DNA from: Paragordius varius
Taxonomy: Eukaryota > Animalia > Nematomorpha
Length of the DNA stretch: 64,000 nucleotides
Direction: 5' to 3'
Assembly: GCA_964247055.1 (NCBI GenBank)
Contig: OZ176058.1
Location: 744,001-808,000, forward strand
Position numbers and translations under genes: made by a program. The notes beneath the pieces are model-generated. The model was not told the DNA's origin. It saw only the letters and a program-made list of their open reading frames with translations, and made no database searches. Below, piece after piece: positions 1 to 12,129 of this stretch. Within the stretch, counting starts at the first letter, position 1, and every line of letters starts with the position of its first letter.

Positions 1-1
1 A

Positions 2-40
2 AAACGAGGACGGCCAAAAAAAGATTCACCATCTATTTAA
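2..40 (+). CDS. Probable terminal exon fragment encoding an AT-hook (KRGRPKKDSPSI*); upstream exons would lie outside the window
   Basis: AAA CGA GGA CGG CCA AAA AAA GAT TCA CCA TCT ATT TAA. Homologous copies at 49862 and 51764 keep KRGRP with different codons. Confidence 0.4.
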   Translation, partial: KRGRPKKDSPSI

Positions 41-59
41 GAGTGTTTTTGTTATCCTT

Positions 60-3000
60 TATGAAACAAATAACTTTTTCAAAGAGTGTTATAATTTTAA
101 TTTTTTTTTAGTTTTACAAATTTTTCATAAAAAGAAATGTAGCGATACAATTTTTTTTATTTAAAGTTTTAAATATTAGATAATATATTAAAATATCTGA
201 CATCTTTTTACTTAAAGCATTTTTGTATATCATGAAAAATTAAACAATAACCTTAAATAGCAACGTGGAATACCAGTCAAAAGCCATTGGATTACATAAC
301 TGTGCATGAACAAAATAGGGTATAAAAAGTATAGTTTGTCTTTTAAAAATATATATTTTTATCCAAATTTGAAACTGTATAATCATTTTATACTGTACTT
401 ATAAAATTTTAATATAATAAAGATAATCGCCATCTATATATGTTTTAATAAGAATATACACATAATTTGTATTTAATAAATTAGATTTAAAAAGTATGTA
501 ATTTTTGTTGTATATATAAAACTTAGCTAATACCATTTGCACTTCAAGAGTGTTTTTGAACATTTTAAGTTGGTCCTTAAGATTTCAACTTCGTCCCTGA
601 ATACTTCACGTTAGTCCTTTAGCACTTCAGGTTGGTCCTTGAACATTTTAGTTTGGTCCTATAAATGATCAAATTTTGATTTAACCATAATTTTTGCATG
701 TATTTTTTATTTTAGTATTTTTTAACCTAATTTTCTTATTTATTACAGATTTGTTGATAAAATAAAAATTTTTGTTTAACCACTTTTTTGTTTCAAATTA
801 ATTTTTTTCCAATTTTACAAAATTATTAATTTTTAAAAGTTTTCAAAGAAAAATTCAGAAAATTTATATATTTTTAAATTACATGATTTTAATCATATAA
901 ATATCAAAAATAATTTTAAGAAATTAATAAAGATATACGGTTTCTCAATGATTAATGGTTGATATTGATTTAAATTTTATGTAAAATAATAGAAAATATT
1001 AACGATGAAATAGATGAATGATATAAGATATGATTGATAAAAGTTAAAATAAAATAAAAAAAACAAAAAAACCAACTAAAGTGTTCACAATTTGAACAAG
1101 TACATTTGATGTGTAAACGATATATATATAATATATTATATTCAAAATTTAAACGGCCCTTATACATAATAAATATTTTTTATAAAATATTTTTGATGAA
1201 TATTTTACACCAATAATTATAAGTTTTACAAATTAAATAAACCAATTAAAGAAAGAATATTTAAGGTTATTTAGTTTGATTAAATATAAATTTGTGGGAA
1301 AGTTATGTTTAAAATTATGACATTTTTCACGATTTTTTAATCATTTAAAATGTCTACCAATAATTACTTTATAGCAATAAAATCTAAAATTACACGATAC
1401 TATTAAATTTAATAAGGTGGATAAAATATATTACTATTTATTTTTGATATAAAATCGAATGGAGTGAATGTATAAAATTACAGTTCAAATTCACCCCTGA
1501 ACAATTCAAAATCCTCGAACAATTCAAATTCACCCTAAATCAATTATGTGTTTTTATAAGATTACAATTACCTTAAATATAGAATTTTGTTTAAAATTAA
1601 TATAGAAATAATAAACTATGTAGAAAAATGTTATTTCATATTAATGATCTGTTTTATGTTAGCCCGACACAATTTTTAGGGGGAATTCGAATTGTAAATG
1701 GTATATCATGAAATATGTCACAATAATTATCAATTATTGTTTCAGCAATAATATAACGTTTGCGTATAACTTAAATTTTCTGGTTCTGAAACATAAAAAT
1801 GCATTAAAAAATATTATGTTTTTAAGGACAGGCATTTTTAATAAATAAATGAAAAATTTAATGTTATTTACCAAATAATCAGCATATTTCCATATCAATC
1901 ACAATATATACCATTAAATATCAGAAAAGAATTTAAAAAATAAGAATATAATAAATTTTAAAAGTATTAATAATTTTAGTATAAATTTAATAATATGTAT
2001 AAAATTGTGCTTCGATTTATCAATGGACCATATTATAATAACACCACTTGTGGTATGTGTTTGATATTAGCTATAACCGATCCTGAAACAAATTCAAATT
2101 ATTTAATTAATTTTTAATTTTTTTTCCGAATTTAATTGTGCACATATATTAAAAAAAGGAATAAAATAAATGAAGTTTTTAGGCTCATAAAGTGCACAAA
2201 CTAGTAAATAAGTCTATCTTAACATATTAAAATTCAAGAACTAGTACCCTTTTAAAAATAAAAGGATATGATCCATGGATCTAATATTTTATTTCCCCTA
2301 TTTATGAAGAACAGCTCAGAGGACGGATCATTATATGGCCTTTGTTTCAGAAATAAATGCGCTGATATTAGGCATTTTATTTTAAATGTTATAATTATTT
2401 TTAATTCATGACGCTTCATTACATATTTAGTTAAGATATATATTGGGGTATTGTTAGTCTTATAACAAATCACAATTGTTTTTGCAAAATTGTTATTAAA
2501 CATGCATCAGGAAAAAAATTACATTTATATTTCTCGGTTAAAATAGTATATCAAATTAAAATTAAATCCCATTTTAAAATGATGATGTTGCCAATTCATT
2601 AATAACCTTGATTTTTGGCAGCTAAGAGTTTAAGAGTCTAATTATATTATTAAATGGTGTTTTTGAATATCGTACTCAAAATCGGTATTTCTAAGCAATA
2701 CATTACTGTAATACCGATTAATCAGACAATAAAGACTCTATAAAGATTAATTTTTAAAACAAGATTATCTTCAACACGCGGCCTTTTATATACTGTAAAA
2801 TGTATTTAATTGTTTACATAAAAATTCATTCATAAGCTATAAGTCAGGACTTAAACATTTTTTTATCACACTAATTAAAGTGAAAAATGGTGTATAAAAA
2901 TATTATTTCCAAAGAGGATATAGCTATATTTTTAAATATGGAAAATCTAATTTTATGAGTTTTTTATCTAGTACAATATCATTTTATATCATAAACCAAA

Positions 3001-3700
3001 AGTCAACTATTTATTTCGTAAAACAAATTTTAATATATAATACATAAAAATTATACAGACAAATCATAAAAAACTACAAGAAAAATATTTTTTTATGCAC
3101 AAATCGGATTTTTTAAAATATAAATCGTTTTCTGTTTCATTTAAAATCGAGGGGGAAATCGGTAACACATTCAATTAGCTATGGTATATTTTAACGTTTT
3201 AGAAAGTTTATAAACACAGGGGGAAAATAATTATTTTATCTTAACATTATATAAATAAATGACAAATCATCACATTAAAAATATTATTTTGATTTCGTCC
3301 CGATAGAGATGAACCATAAAACATAATTCTCCTTTTTTGCCCCTTTTTAAATAATAATTAAATAGATGTCGTATTATATGAAAAATATATTATATTAAAT
3401 GTCATTTTTATGAATAAATATTATTACTCTGTTATCGTAATTTTTATTTGTAAAACGTTAAATAAATTTAATTAAAAAATTCTGCACAAAAATATATTTT
3501 TAGAAAAAATATATATACCATTTGAGTCTTGAACACACTAGAAACAAATTTTGACTTTTTTAAGTGTTATTATTGTAAATTTAAATTTTTTTCATTAAAG
3601 CACATAAATAGTTTATTTGATAAAAATGACAAGTAAGAATTTTTTTTAATTAAAGTTTATCAATAATTTTGGTCCTGATTTAACATTAAACTTTAAATTT
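60..3700. repeat. Segmental-duplication block, copy 1 (also at about 12.1-15.0, 27.6-33.0 and 49.9-57.7 kb, same orientation)
   Basis: Collinear shared strings, e.g. gcaacgtggaataccag (260, 50116, 51997; similar gaataccagtcaaaagcc at 27866), ggatcattat (2325, 12626, 29864), atcacactaattaaag (2865, 13407, 30499). Confidence 0.85.
531..660 (+). mobile_element. Left end of a TA|CCATTT element with a 21-bp subterminal array (unit about ACTTCAAGTTGGTCCTTGAAC)
   Basis: TA CCATTTGCACTTCAAG at 531 followed by about 5 degenerate units. Related ends at 28.13, 33.09, 34.23-34.30, 35.26-35.80 and 36.49-36.53 kb. Confidence 0.6.
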
Positions 3701-5233
3701 TCTTAATTAAAAATTTTAGATATAGAACCAGGTATCTATATCATTCAAAAGAGCGCGAAAACTGTATCATTCGTGGTAGTTGTCATTTAAATCAATCTGA
3801 TGTAAAAGTTATTTACGTTCATATGGTCAATTAAACCCTTAAATAAGTATATTTTAACACTAATTAAAAAAAATCAAAGTACTAAAATGCCTAGTTATAA
3901 TTGCAAATTTATTGCATATTGATCATAAAAGATTGATAATACCTTAAACTATATTCTATTCTTTAAAATTTTGAATTTATAAGGAAAATAATAAATATTG
4001 ATATGATGGTAATTTTTTTAAAAGGAAAAAACTTAAAAATCGGAGTGTTGAATGACATAGCAATAAATAGGTGTTTTAATCAAAAAATGTTATCTGCCTT
4101 ATCTATTTTAGAAATTATCATCTAGACAAAAATTGAGCTATTTTCATTCAATATTTTAAAAATATATTAATTAAAAAAAACCCTATCGTTTCGCGTGTTT
4201 ATCGATTCCTATGTCCAATACTATTTATCATAGTGAAACATATTAGCATACATTTATAGAATTTTTATTACTCTTCCGAATGATATATTACAGATTATTT
4301 GTAGTTTCAAAGAAAGCATTTCAAGTACAATTTTAATAAAGAAGGCGCACAATCAAAAAATAATTTTTTACAAATTTTTAGTCATTATAATTTTTAATTT
4401 AGATTTAGTGTTTGAATGATATTAAATATAGGAAAATTCAAACTAGAGTATCAGAGAAATTTGTTGTATAGTATAATATAAACATCTATGCAAATTAGCT
4501 GTTGATCTTTTTCAAAACGATGCGGGTATCAATGTAAGTTACCACTATAACAGAAATAAAATAATTTTATTATGTGTAAAAGTTAAATTTATTTAAAAAA
4601 ATAAATATAACGATAGAATTCAAATATTTAGAACTTTTGCATACTATAAGTTATATTAATTATCTGACATCTTTTTAGCAAAACATTTTTCGATATCATG
4701 AAAAATTTAAACAATAAACTTATAATAGCAATCAAAAACCACATGGGTTGCACAACCGTAATAAATGAAAAAATTAAAAAAAGTAGAGTTGTCTTTTTAG
4801 AAAATATATTTTATTTTGAAATTAAATCTGTAAATATCCGTTTTATACTGTAGCAAAAATTTACTTTAATAATTATATAAAAAAAGAATTGCCATGCATA
4901 TATGGTTTTTTCAGAATTTATACATAAAAGATTAGATTTAAACGTATATATTTTTTGGAGATATATAATTTAGCCTAATAAATAGCTTATGAAAAGATTA
5001 GTTGCTAATAAAACAAGATTTATGTTATGTTTCTCTATGTATGAATACAGTAAATTATTAATATTATACGGAAAAAACGAAAAAATATAAAGTCAAATTT
5101 CAAAAGACAATCTTACATTTAATATGTTGATTTTTTTAATTTAATTGATTGTTTAAAACTGCAAAATATAAAATAGAAATTTAAATTGGTAAAATCAATT
5201 AGACGTTTTACGATTGTTATTAAATTATGTTAA

Positions 5234-5785
5234 CACTTCGATTCAAATTGGGGTATCTAAATACCCCAGACTAAATTTGAGTTAGATTTTTAAAAAACTA
5301 CTGAAGGAAACGGTCCCAATTTAATTTATGCTTCTATCCTCAAAAAATTTATATAATATGCCAAAATATTTAAATAAAATTTTGTTTTGGAAAAAAAGTT
5401 CCATGTCAAACTACTTCGACGGCATTTTTATTTTACAGAATTTTTGCAAAATATCGTCTTTATTTAATTTTAAGGGTAAAATTAAAGCTAATATTTTATT
5501 TAAATTACATCTAACATTGATAGATATAGAAAAAAACTGTTTATTTTGAATTTTTTTCAATTTTACCATTGCACGCATGTCACGTTGACTAAATTTTTAC
5601 CTTTCGGTTTTAGCTTAAAATAAATAATATCAATATTTTTGAATAAAATTTTTTATATATTTGGGTTTATTAATGTTATATAAGTGCAAGATTTTGCCAT
5701 AGTTTCGATTTATTCCATATTTTTAAAAAAAGTCAATTATCAGGCCTGGGGTATTTAAATACCCCAATTTGAATCGAATGACTAA
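5234..5785. mobile_element. About 550-bp MITE with 33-bp TIRs, possibly piggyBac-like
   Basis: TTCGATTCAAATTGGGGTATCTAAATACCCCAG (5237-5269) is the reverse complement of 5746-5778 with 1 mismatch. TTAA precedes the left end; the right-end TTAA is degenerate. The right TIR recurs at about 38590-38625. Confidence 0.6.
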
Positions 5786-7241
5786 AATGAATGTGTTGTA
5801 TCCAAGTGTTAATAGGATAAATTAGGTATGAAAAAGTAGGGTTGTCTCTTGAAAAAAATTTGTCTTTATATTTTTAGGTTTTGTTCGTAAAATATCATTT
5901 TTTAATGTATATATAAAAAAAACTATTCAAAATTAAATCGATAGGCCATAATTATATATATATTTTAAATAATAATTTTTAATGCATTTTTCACACCAAT
6001 ACCTATAAGTTTTATTAATTATATAAATCAATTATGAAATCATTTTATATGTGTTTTTTAAGATTACAAATTTATTTATATTTTAAAATGAAATTTTTGT
6101 TTAAATTAAAATATTAACTAATATATGCTCTATTAAAATATATTTATATTAATATGATCATTTATATTAGCTGCCCGAAAACACATAATTTATTTTAAGA
6201 ATGATTTTGTATTGTCCAAGAGTAAATTTGAATTATAGGTATATATATCCATTATATTTATATTTTATAAAATTAACATTAATTTTAAAAATTTAGCAGT
6301 AAAATATGTTTAAAAAAATTATTTAAATTTAAATTTTGAAATCAGGTGATCGCGTAAATATAAAAACACCTAATCATTTATTATTATTAGTTGTGTTTTA
6401 TATAACCATTAATTTTTATTAATAAATTCAAAAAAACACTATTATTAAATAATTTAAGAAATTTAAAATAGATTTTAGAAAAAAAAACTATGTTACCAAA
6501 AATTATTTTAATTTTATTTCTGATAAATTCTACATTTTCCATCATAACTATAAACGCCCAAGGTATAATTTTAAAATTTATAAAATTTTTAACATATTTT
6601 TTGGTAAAATTATAATTCAAACCATAAATAACAAATTAATTATATATTTGTAGCTGTAATATATGTAATATAAATATAAATGTATATTTTATTTGAATAA
6701 CTTTTATAATTTTTAATTTTATTCTTTTTTACTTTTGATAATTTTTTTAAAAAAGTTTAATTAAAAATATTTAGAAATTTTAAAATAAATTTATTATAAA
6801 ATTGTATAAAAAACTTACTTTATTAACCTTAAATTTTTAAAATAAAATTCATCGTTTTATGCTGAAAAAAATTAAATAATTTTCCCTAACCATTTACTAT
6901 TCAAATTCACCCTAAAAATAAATTATGTGTATTCGAACTAATATAACTCATATTAATATAAAATATATCTTTATGGTATTATTTTTTCAGTGTTATTTTA
7001 ATTTATAACAAAATTTTATTTTTTATAAAAATATAACTTCTTAAAAAACACATAATTTATTTGAGGGTGAATTTGAATTGTTCATTGGAAAATTTCGATA
7101 AATGGTATATTAATAATTTATTATAATAACTAAATTATTATTAAGTTTCATTTTAATTTATTTTAATGATTGTTTTTATATGTAATTTAATTTCCCCTTA
7201 TAAAATATTTCAATTAAAATCAGTTTTTAAAAATATAATTT

Positions 7242-7278
<37 letters not shown>

Positions 7279-9340
7279 ATGAATTATCATTTAGTAAAAA
7301 AAATTTATAATTAAGTTAATAAAACATTTAGTACAATATAATTAAAAAAATTTTAAATTTTTAAAAAATAACAATTTTTTAAAATAACCTTCATTGAACT
7401 TTTTTTGAAAAAAAAATATTTTTATCTATAAACAGGTTAAAAAAATAGCTTCATTTATTCAAAAAAATAAACTAAGCATTTTTTTCTATAAAATATAACA
7501 AATAGCGTTAAAAATACCAATAATATTTTTTTAATATGAGTTATTATTAATAAAATTTAATCGAAAAAATACAAAAAAAATAAAAAACAAAATTAATTAA
7601 TAGGGAGTGGAAGCATATTAGCTGTTTATGTTACAAAAGCTGAAAAAAAGATAGAAAAAATTATTACTTTAGATAATAATACATCGTAAAAGTTAATAAT
7701 AATGAAAATTCTAAAAATATCAGCAAAGACACTCTTTCATCTGTTATTCCAACAATAAAATCATCTCTAGTTATATCTTCACCATTAGAAATTGTGTCAG
7801 CTGTTTATACTGAAAAATCTCCCGGAATTCCAAGCCCTATAATTGTATCATCTGTTAATCCGACAATCGAATCAGCTGTGACTTCCCCATCCCCAAGAAT
7901 AGTCTCAGCTGTTTATATTGGAAAATCATCTAAAACGCTAGCTCTATAACTGTATCATCTATTATTCCAACAATAAAATCATCTCTAGTTATATCTTCAC
8001 CATTTGTAGAGAATGTCTCAGCTGTTTTTGAAAAGTTTAGACTTTCAAGTCCTGTAACGTATCATCTGTAACTCCAACAATCAAATCAGCTGTGATTTCC
8101 CCTGCCCCAAAAGTCTTCTCAGCTGTTTATACTGAAAAATCTTCTAAAAGGCCTAGCTTCATAACTGTATCATCTATTATTCCAACAATAAAATCATCTC
8201 TAATTATATCTTCACAATTCGTAGAAAATGTCTCAGCTGTTTTTATAAAGTCTAGACTTTCAAGTCCTATAACCGTATCATCTGTAACCCCAACAATTAA
8301 GCCAGCTGTGACTTCCACATCCCCAAGAGAAGTCTCAGCTGTTTATACTGAAAAATCTTCTAAAACGTCTAACTCTATAACTGTATCATCTATTATTCCA
8401 ACAATAAAATCATCTCTAGTTATATCTTCACCATTCGTAAAAAATGTCTCAGTTATTTCTATAAAGTCTGAACTTAACCCTATTAACCGTGTCATCTGTA
8501 ACTCCAACAATGGAATCAGCTGTGATTTCCCCTGCCTCAAAAGTCGTCTCAGCTGTTTTTAAGAATCATTCATCTGGAATGTCAAGTCCTATAACCGTAT
8601 CATCTGTAACTCCAACAATGGAATCAGCTGCGGCCGGGACTTCCCCACGCCCAAAAGTCGTCTCAGCTGTTTATACTGAAAAATCTTTTAAAAAGCCTAG
8701 CTCTATAACTGTATCATCTATTATTCCAACAATAAAATCATCTCTAGTTTATCTTCACTATTCGTAAAAAATGCCACAGATGTTTTTAAAAAGTCTAGAC
8801 TTTCAAGTCCAATAACCGTATCATCCATAACTCCAACAATAGAATCTGCTGTGGCCGGGACTTCACCACGCCCAAAAGTCGTCTCAGCTGTTTATGCTGA
8901 AAAATTTATCGGAATTCCAAGCCCTATAACTGTATCATCTGTTACTCCGACAATCAAATCAGCTGATGTTTTAAGCCCAAAACCAGCTGTGACCGTACAG
9001 AAAAAAGGCACAACACCAAATGTTTATTATTCAAGTCCCAAGCCAACACCCTACTATAATCCATATCATAACTTTTATACGGCGAGATCTTTCGTGGGTT
9101 GGGGAAAGAAACGATGAAATAGAAATTGAGAATTTAAAGAAAAATATTTTTTAAATTTTTTATTTATTTTGATTTTTTTAATTTATTCCGATTTTATATT
9201 GGATATATTTTATTGTACAGAAAAATTGAAATTATACGGACAAAACTTAAAAATATAAAGACAAATATTTTTTTATCAAAACGAGCATACGTTTGAATCT
9301 TAATTTTCCATATAGTCTTATTATTTTGAAATGCAATAAA
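5390..9340. repeat. Segmental duplication of about 4 kb, paired with about 38250-42280
   Basis: Collinear matches, e.g. gaaatcaggtgatcgcgtaaat (6338 / 39947), tttatctataaacaggttaaaaaaatagct (7421 / 40971), and the repeat-protein gene. Confidence 0.9.
7604..9117 (+). pseudogene. Ser/Thr/Val/Ile/Pro-rich tandem-repeat (mucin-like) protein exon, copy 1, several frameshifts, C-terminus ...YNPYHNFYTARSFVGWGKKR*
   Basis: Acceptor taatag at 7598-7603. Repeats of about 33 aa (ITVSS[IV][IT]PT[IM][KE]S..VSAV[YF]TEKS) run across ORFs 8092-8562, 8489-8767 and 8851-9117, joined by 1-2 bp frame breaks. Lesions could be assembly indels. Confidence 0.7.
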
Positions 9341-9714
9341 TTTTAAAAAATAACACATAATATATTTTAGGGTGAATATGTTGTTCGAGGGTGAACTTGA
9401 ATTGTTCAAGGATGAATTCGAAATGTAATGATACACTATAATTTATTCTAAATTTGGAAGAATAATACGGGAAAAAAAAATATTTTTTGTGTCTTGTGAA
9501 TTTTATCTTTAATGCGTTTTAATATATTCAAACCTCATATGCTGTGGGAAATAATACTATCCCAAAGGATAATATAGTGTATAAATATAATCAAATTTCA
9601 TTTTCAAAATTTTTTAAATTTTAAGCGTACGGGAGTATGAGTACTCAAAATAAAATTTCGGATTTAGGCGAAACTCTCTTTTTTAAGAGAAAAATACTCT
9701 TTCAATAAATTAGA

Positions 9715-9900
9715 GTGTGCATTTTAATGGTAGCTTATTTCACACTATAGTAGGTCAAGTTGCAACACAACAGGTGTATGGGGAAAAAAGAAAATAATTA
9801 TTGGTTCAAAACATTTTATTGCTTTTTCCATAAACTAGTGTGTGTTGCAAATTGCCCAAGTATAGTGTCTGTAATAAACAACTAAAATGCATATTGTAAC
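9715..9900. mobile_element. MITE family 2 (TIR about CAGTATGCATTTTAATGGT), degenerate copy
   Basis: gtgcattttaatggtagcttatttcacac ... caactaaaatgcatattgta. Matches the copies at 62.31-62.55 and 62.64-62.82 kb. Confidence 0.55.
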
Positions 9901-10126
9901 TGGTGGTTTTCCCCAAAGAAGGATATAGTATTACACCAAAGGGAGTTTATTGTACATTCAAACTAAATGAAATGCTACCCAAGTGATTTTCGTGTAGCCA
10001 TCCATCGAGATCAGGTAGGCTTTCCTGAGTGGCCTGAGGTTTCGTCGAGGTGCAGGAGAACTTTGTCTCAACTGATGTTTCGCCTGTCCCCATTGAGCCA
10101 AAGTCTATCCATCCATTTAAATATTA

Positions 10127-10399
10127 CAGTAAAAATTGGAATTATACGGGCAAAACGTAATAATATAAAAACAACTATTTTTTTTAAAGATATCCCCATA
10201 CTTTTTAAAACCATAATTTTTCTCATATTAGCTAGTAATTACAAATGTAAATTATATGACTGTGTTTGTAATATATATCACTATTTTATACTTTAAAGCT
10301 TAAAAATGAGTCATATTGATATAGATCTATATTTAAAGAGTATGGTTGTCTTTTAAAAATTATTTGACGTTTTCTTGCGTATAATTTCCATTTTTACTG
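10127..10399. mobile_element. MITE family 1 (Tc1/mariner-like TA|CAGTAAAA termini), full copy; many more copies or halves across the window
   Basis: TA CAGTAAAAATTGGAATTATACG... at 10125 and ...CGTATAATTTCCATTTTTACTG TA at 10399-10401. Long imperfect TIRs contain GGACAAAACGTAAAAATATAAAGACAAATATTT. CAGT termini with a TA target are the Tc1/mariner signature. Confidence 0.75.
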
Positions 10400-10840
10400 T
10401 AAAATTAGAAAAATATAATAGGGACAAAACAAGAATTAATTTTAAAAAATATAAAGACAAATTTTTTTAAATTATTTCGATTTATACAGTATGGATATAT
10501 AAATGTCAAGTTGCAAGATCAATTATATATATTTCATTGATAAAAATTATATGATTTTTATTATAAGGGTAATTAAGGTTTTAAAAATATATGGCTGTCT
10601 TTTTGTAAAAAAATATTTGTCTCTATATTGTTACGTTTTGTGCTTCCGTATAATTTAAAGTTTTTACTGTAAGTTTACCTCTCGTAATCCATATGTTAAT
10701 TTATAGGTCCGTCCATCAATAAGGCATACCCAAGTCCCTGGCATACTAGTGCTTTTAGTTGAACGGCAAATGCTTCCAAACCCCACCCACCACTATTAAA
10801 GGCCCGCCGCTCATCCCCCTATACAGTTTGTCCTTATATA

Positions 10841-11336
10841 CACTACCTACTAATTATTACATTTACCTCGTATACCAGGTTTCTGTACGTCTTAGCTTAG
10901 ATCAAGTTCTTCAATGGATGGTAGTGCTATTTTTCCAGTTTACATCCCTGGTTGCTTGCTTACTTGTTTGTCATTTGAGTAGGGGAAAGGAAGGCCTAAA
11001 GCCTTCACCCAATGCACAATACCTACTAATTATTAATTTACCTCTTAACAACAGGTTTCTTTTGGCCTTGGCTTATCCCATAAGGTTTTTAAATGGGTGG
11101 TGTGGGCTCTAGTTTTAATTGACGCCTCCATTCCTGGTTGCCATTTGAGTAGGGGAGAGGCAGGCTTAAAGCCATCAGACAATGAACACTACCTACTAAT
11201 TACATTTACCTCGTAGACCAGGTTTCCTTTGGGCTTGGCTTATCTGGCCAAGTTTTTAATGGGTGGTGGTTTCTAGTTTTAATTGACGCTTCCGTTCCGG
11301 GTTGCCATTTAAGTAGAGAGGGAGGCCTAAAGCCTT
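10841..11336. repeat. GC-enriched tandem repeat, 3 units of about 170-176 bp
   Basis: Units begin c(a/t)ctacctactaatta at 10841, 11017 and 11187. They share atttacctc..accaggtttc, cctggttg..catttgagtagggg and aggcctaaagcc. Confidence 0.85.
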
Positions 11337-12129
11337 GATATTTTCAAGCTCCTACTTACCAGCCTTCTCATATCTATATTTTCTAGTGATTGCAATCATA
11401 GTTGTTTTTACATTACTTACAGTAAAAACTGAAATTATACTATGGACAAAATATAAAAAACATTAAAAAAATATTTTTTTCAAAAGACAAACAACCATAC
11501 TTTTTAAAATTTTAATTTTTGATATATAAAATATTTAATTAATTGATTGTGCTAACAATTTACATATCTATTTTATATTTTGCGGTTTTAAACCATCAGC
11601 TATAATTAAATATCTTATAGAAAAAATTATTTGTCTTTATATTTTTACGTTTTATCCCTCCGTATAATTTCAATTTTTATTATAATTAAAATAATATTAA
11701 AGATAATAATTACCAACATGCCAATATATATACGGTTGAAAGTTTATTAAACGGAGAGTACGAAACTCATACTTTAAAATTACAATAAAAACTGAAATTA
11801 TATGTGAGAACAAAACGTAAAAATTTCAAGACAAATATTTTTTCTAAAAGACAACCATACTTTTTAATCTTGATTAAGCTAATATTAACTTAATGTATTT
11901 TATTTTCAAAGTATAAAATAGAGATGTATATATTTCAAACATAATATATATTTTAGGCTTGTTATTAAATATTTCATTAGGATTTAGATACCGTCTTTAT
12001 CGTTTTTTAAACAGACGGGTACCAATATTAACTTTTATAGCAATCAAATCTAAATTTACACGAACACTATTAATTTTAATTAATTTTATATAATATGTAA
12101 GTTATTAACCATTTTTATTACGATATAAT

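Noticed and set aside
4255-4360. F-box-like peptide FITLPNDILQIICSF
   Set aside because: A short match with no supportable gene model around it.
970-6620. Short ORF-track entries in A/T-rich DNA (970, 5328, 6387 and similar ones elsewhere)
   Set aside because: F/I/K/N/Y-rich chance ORFs within repeats, with no motifs.
7601-7620. Similarity of the repeat-gene exon start (tagggagtggaagc) to the APRT last-exon start (tagggagtatggaagc)
   Set aside because: Only 14 matching bases with a gap and no further similarity; likely chance.
9905-9930. FPKEG reading as the APRT first exon
   Set aside because: No start codon, preceding PDF motif or suitable phase-2 donor; lies at a MITE edge.
10841-11336. 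Hammerhead ribozyme / retrozyme array
   Set aside because: GAAAC is present on the minus strand but no conserved CUGANGA core is shared by the units.
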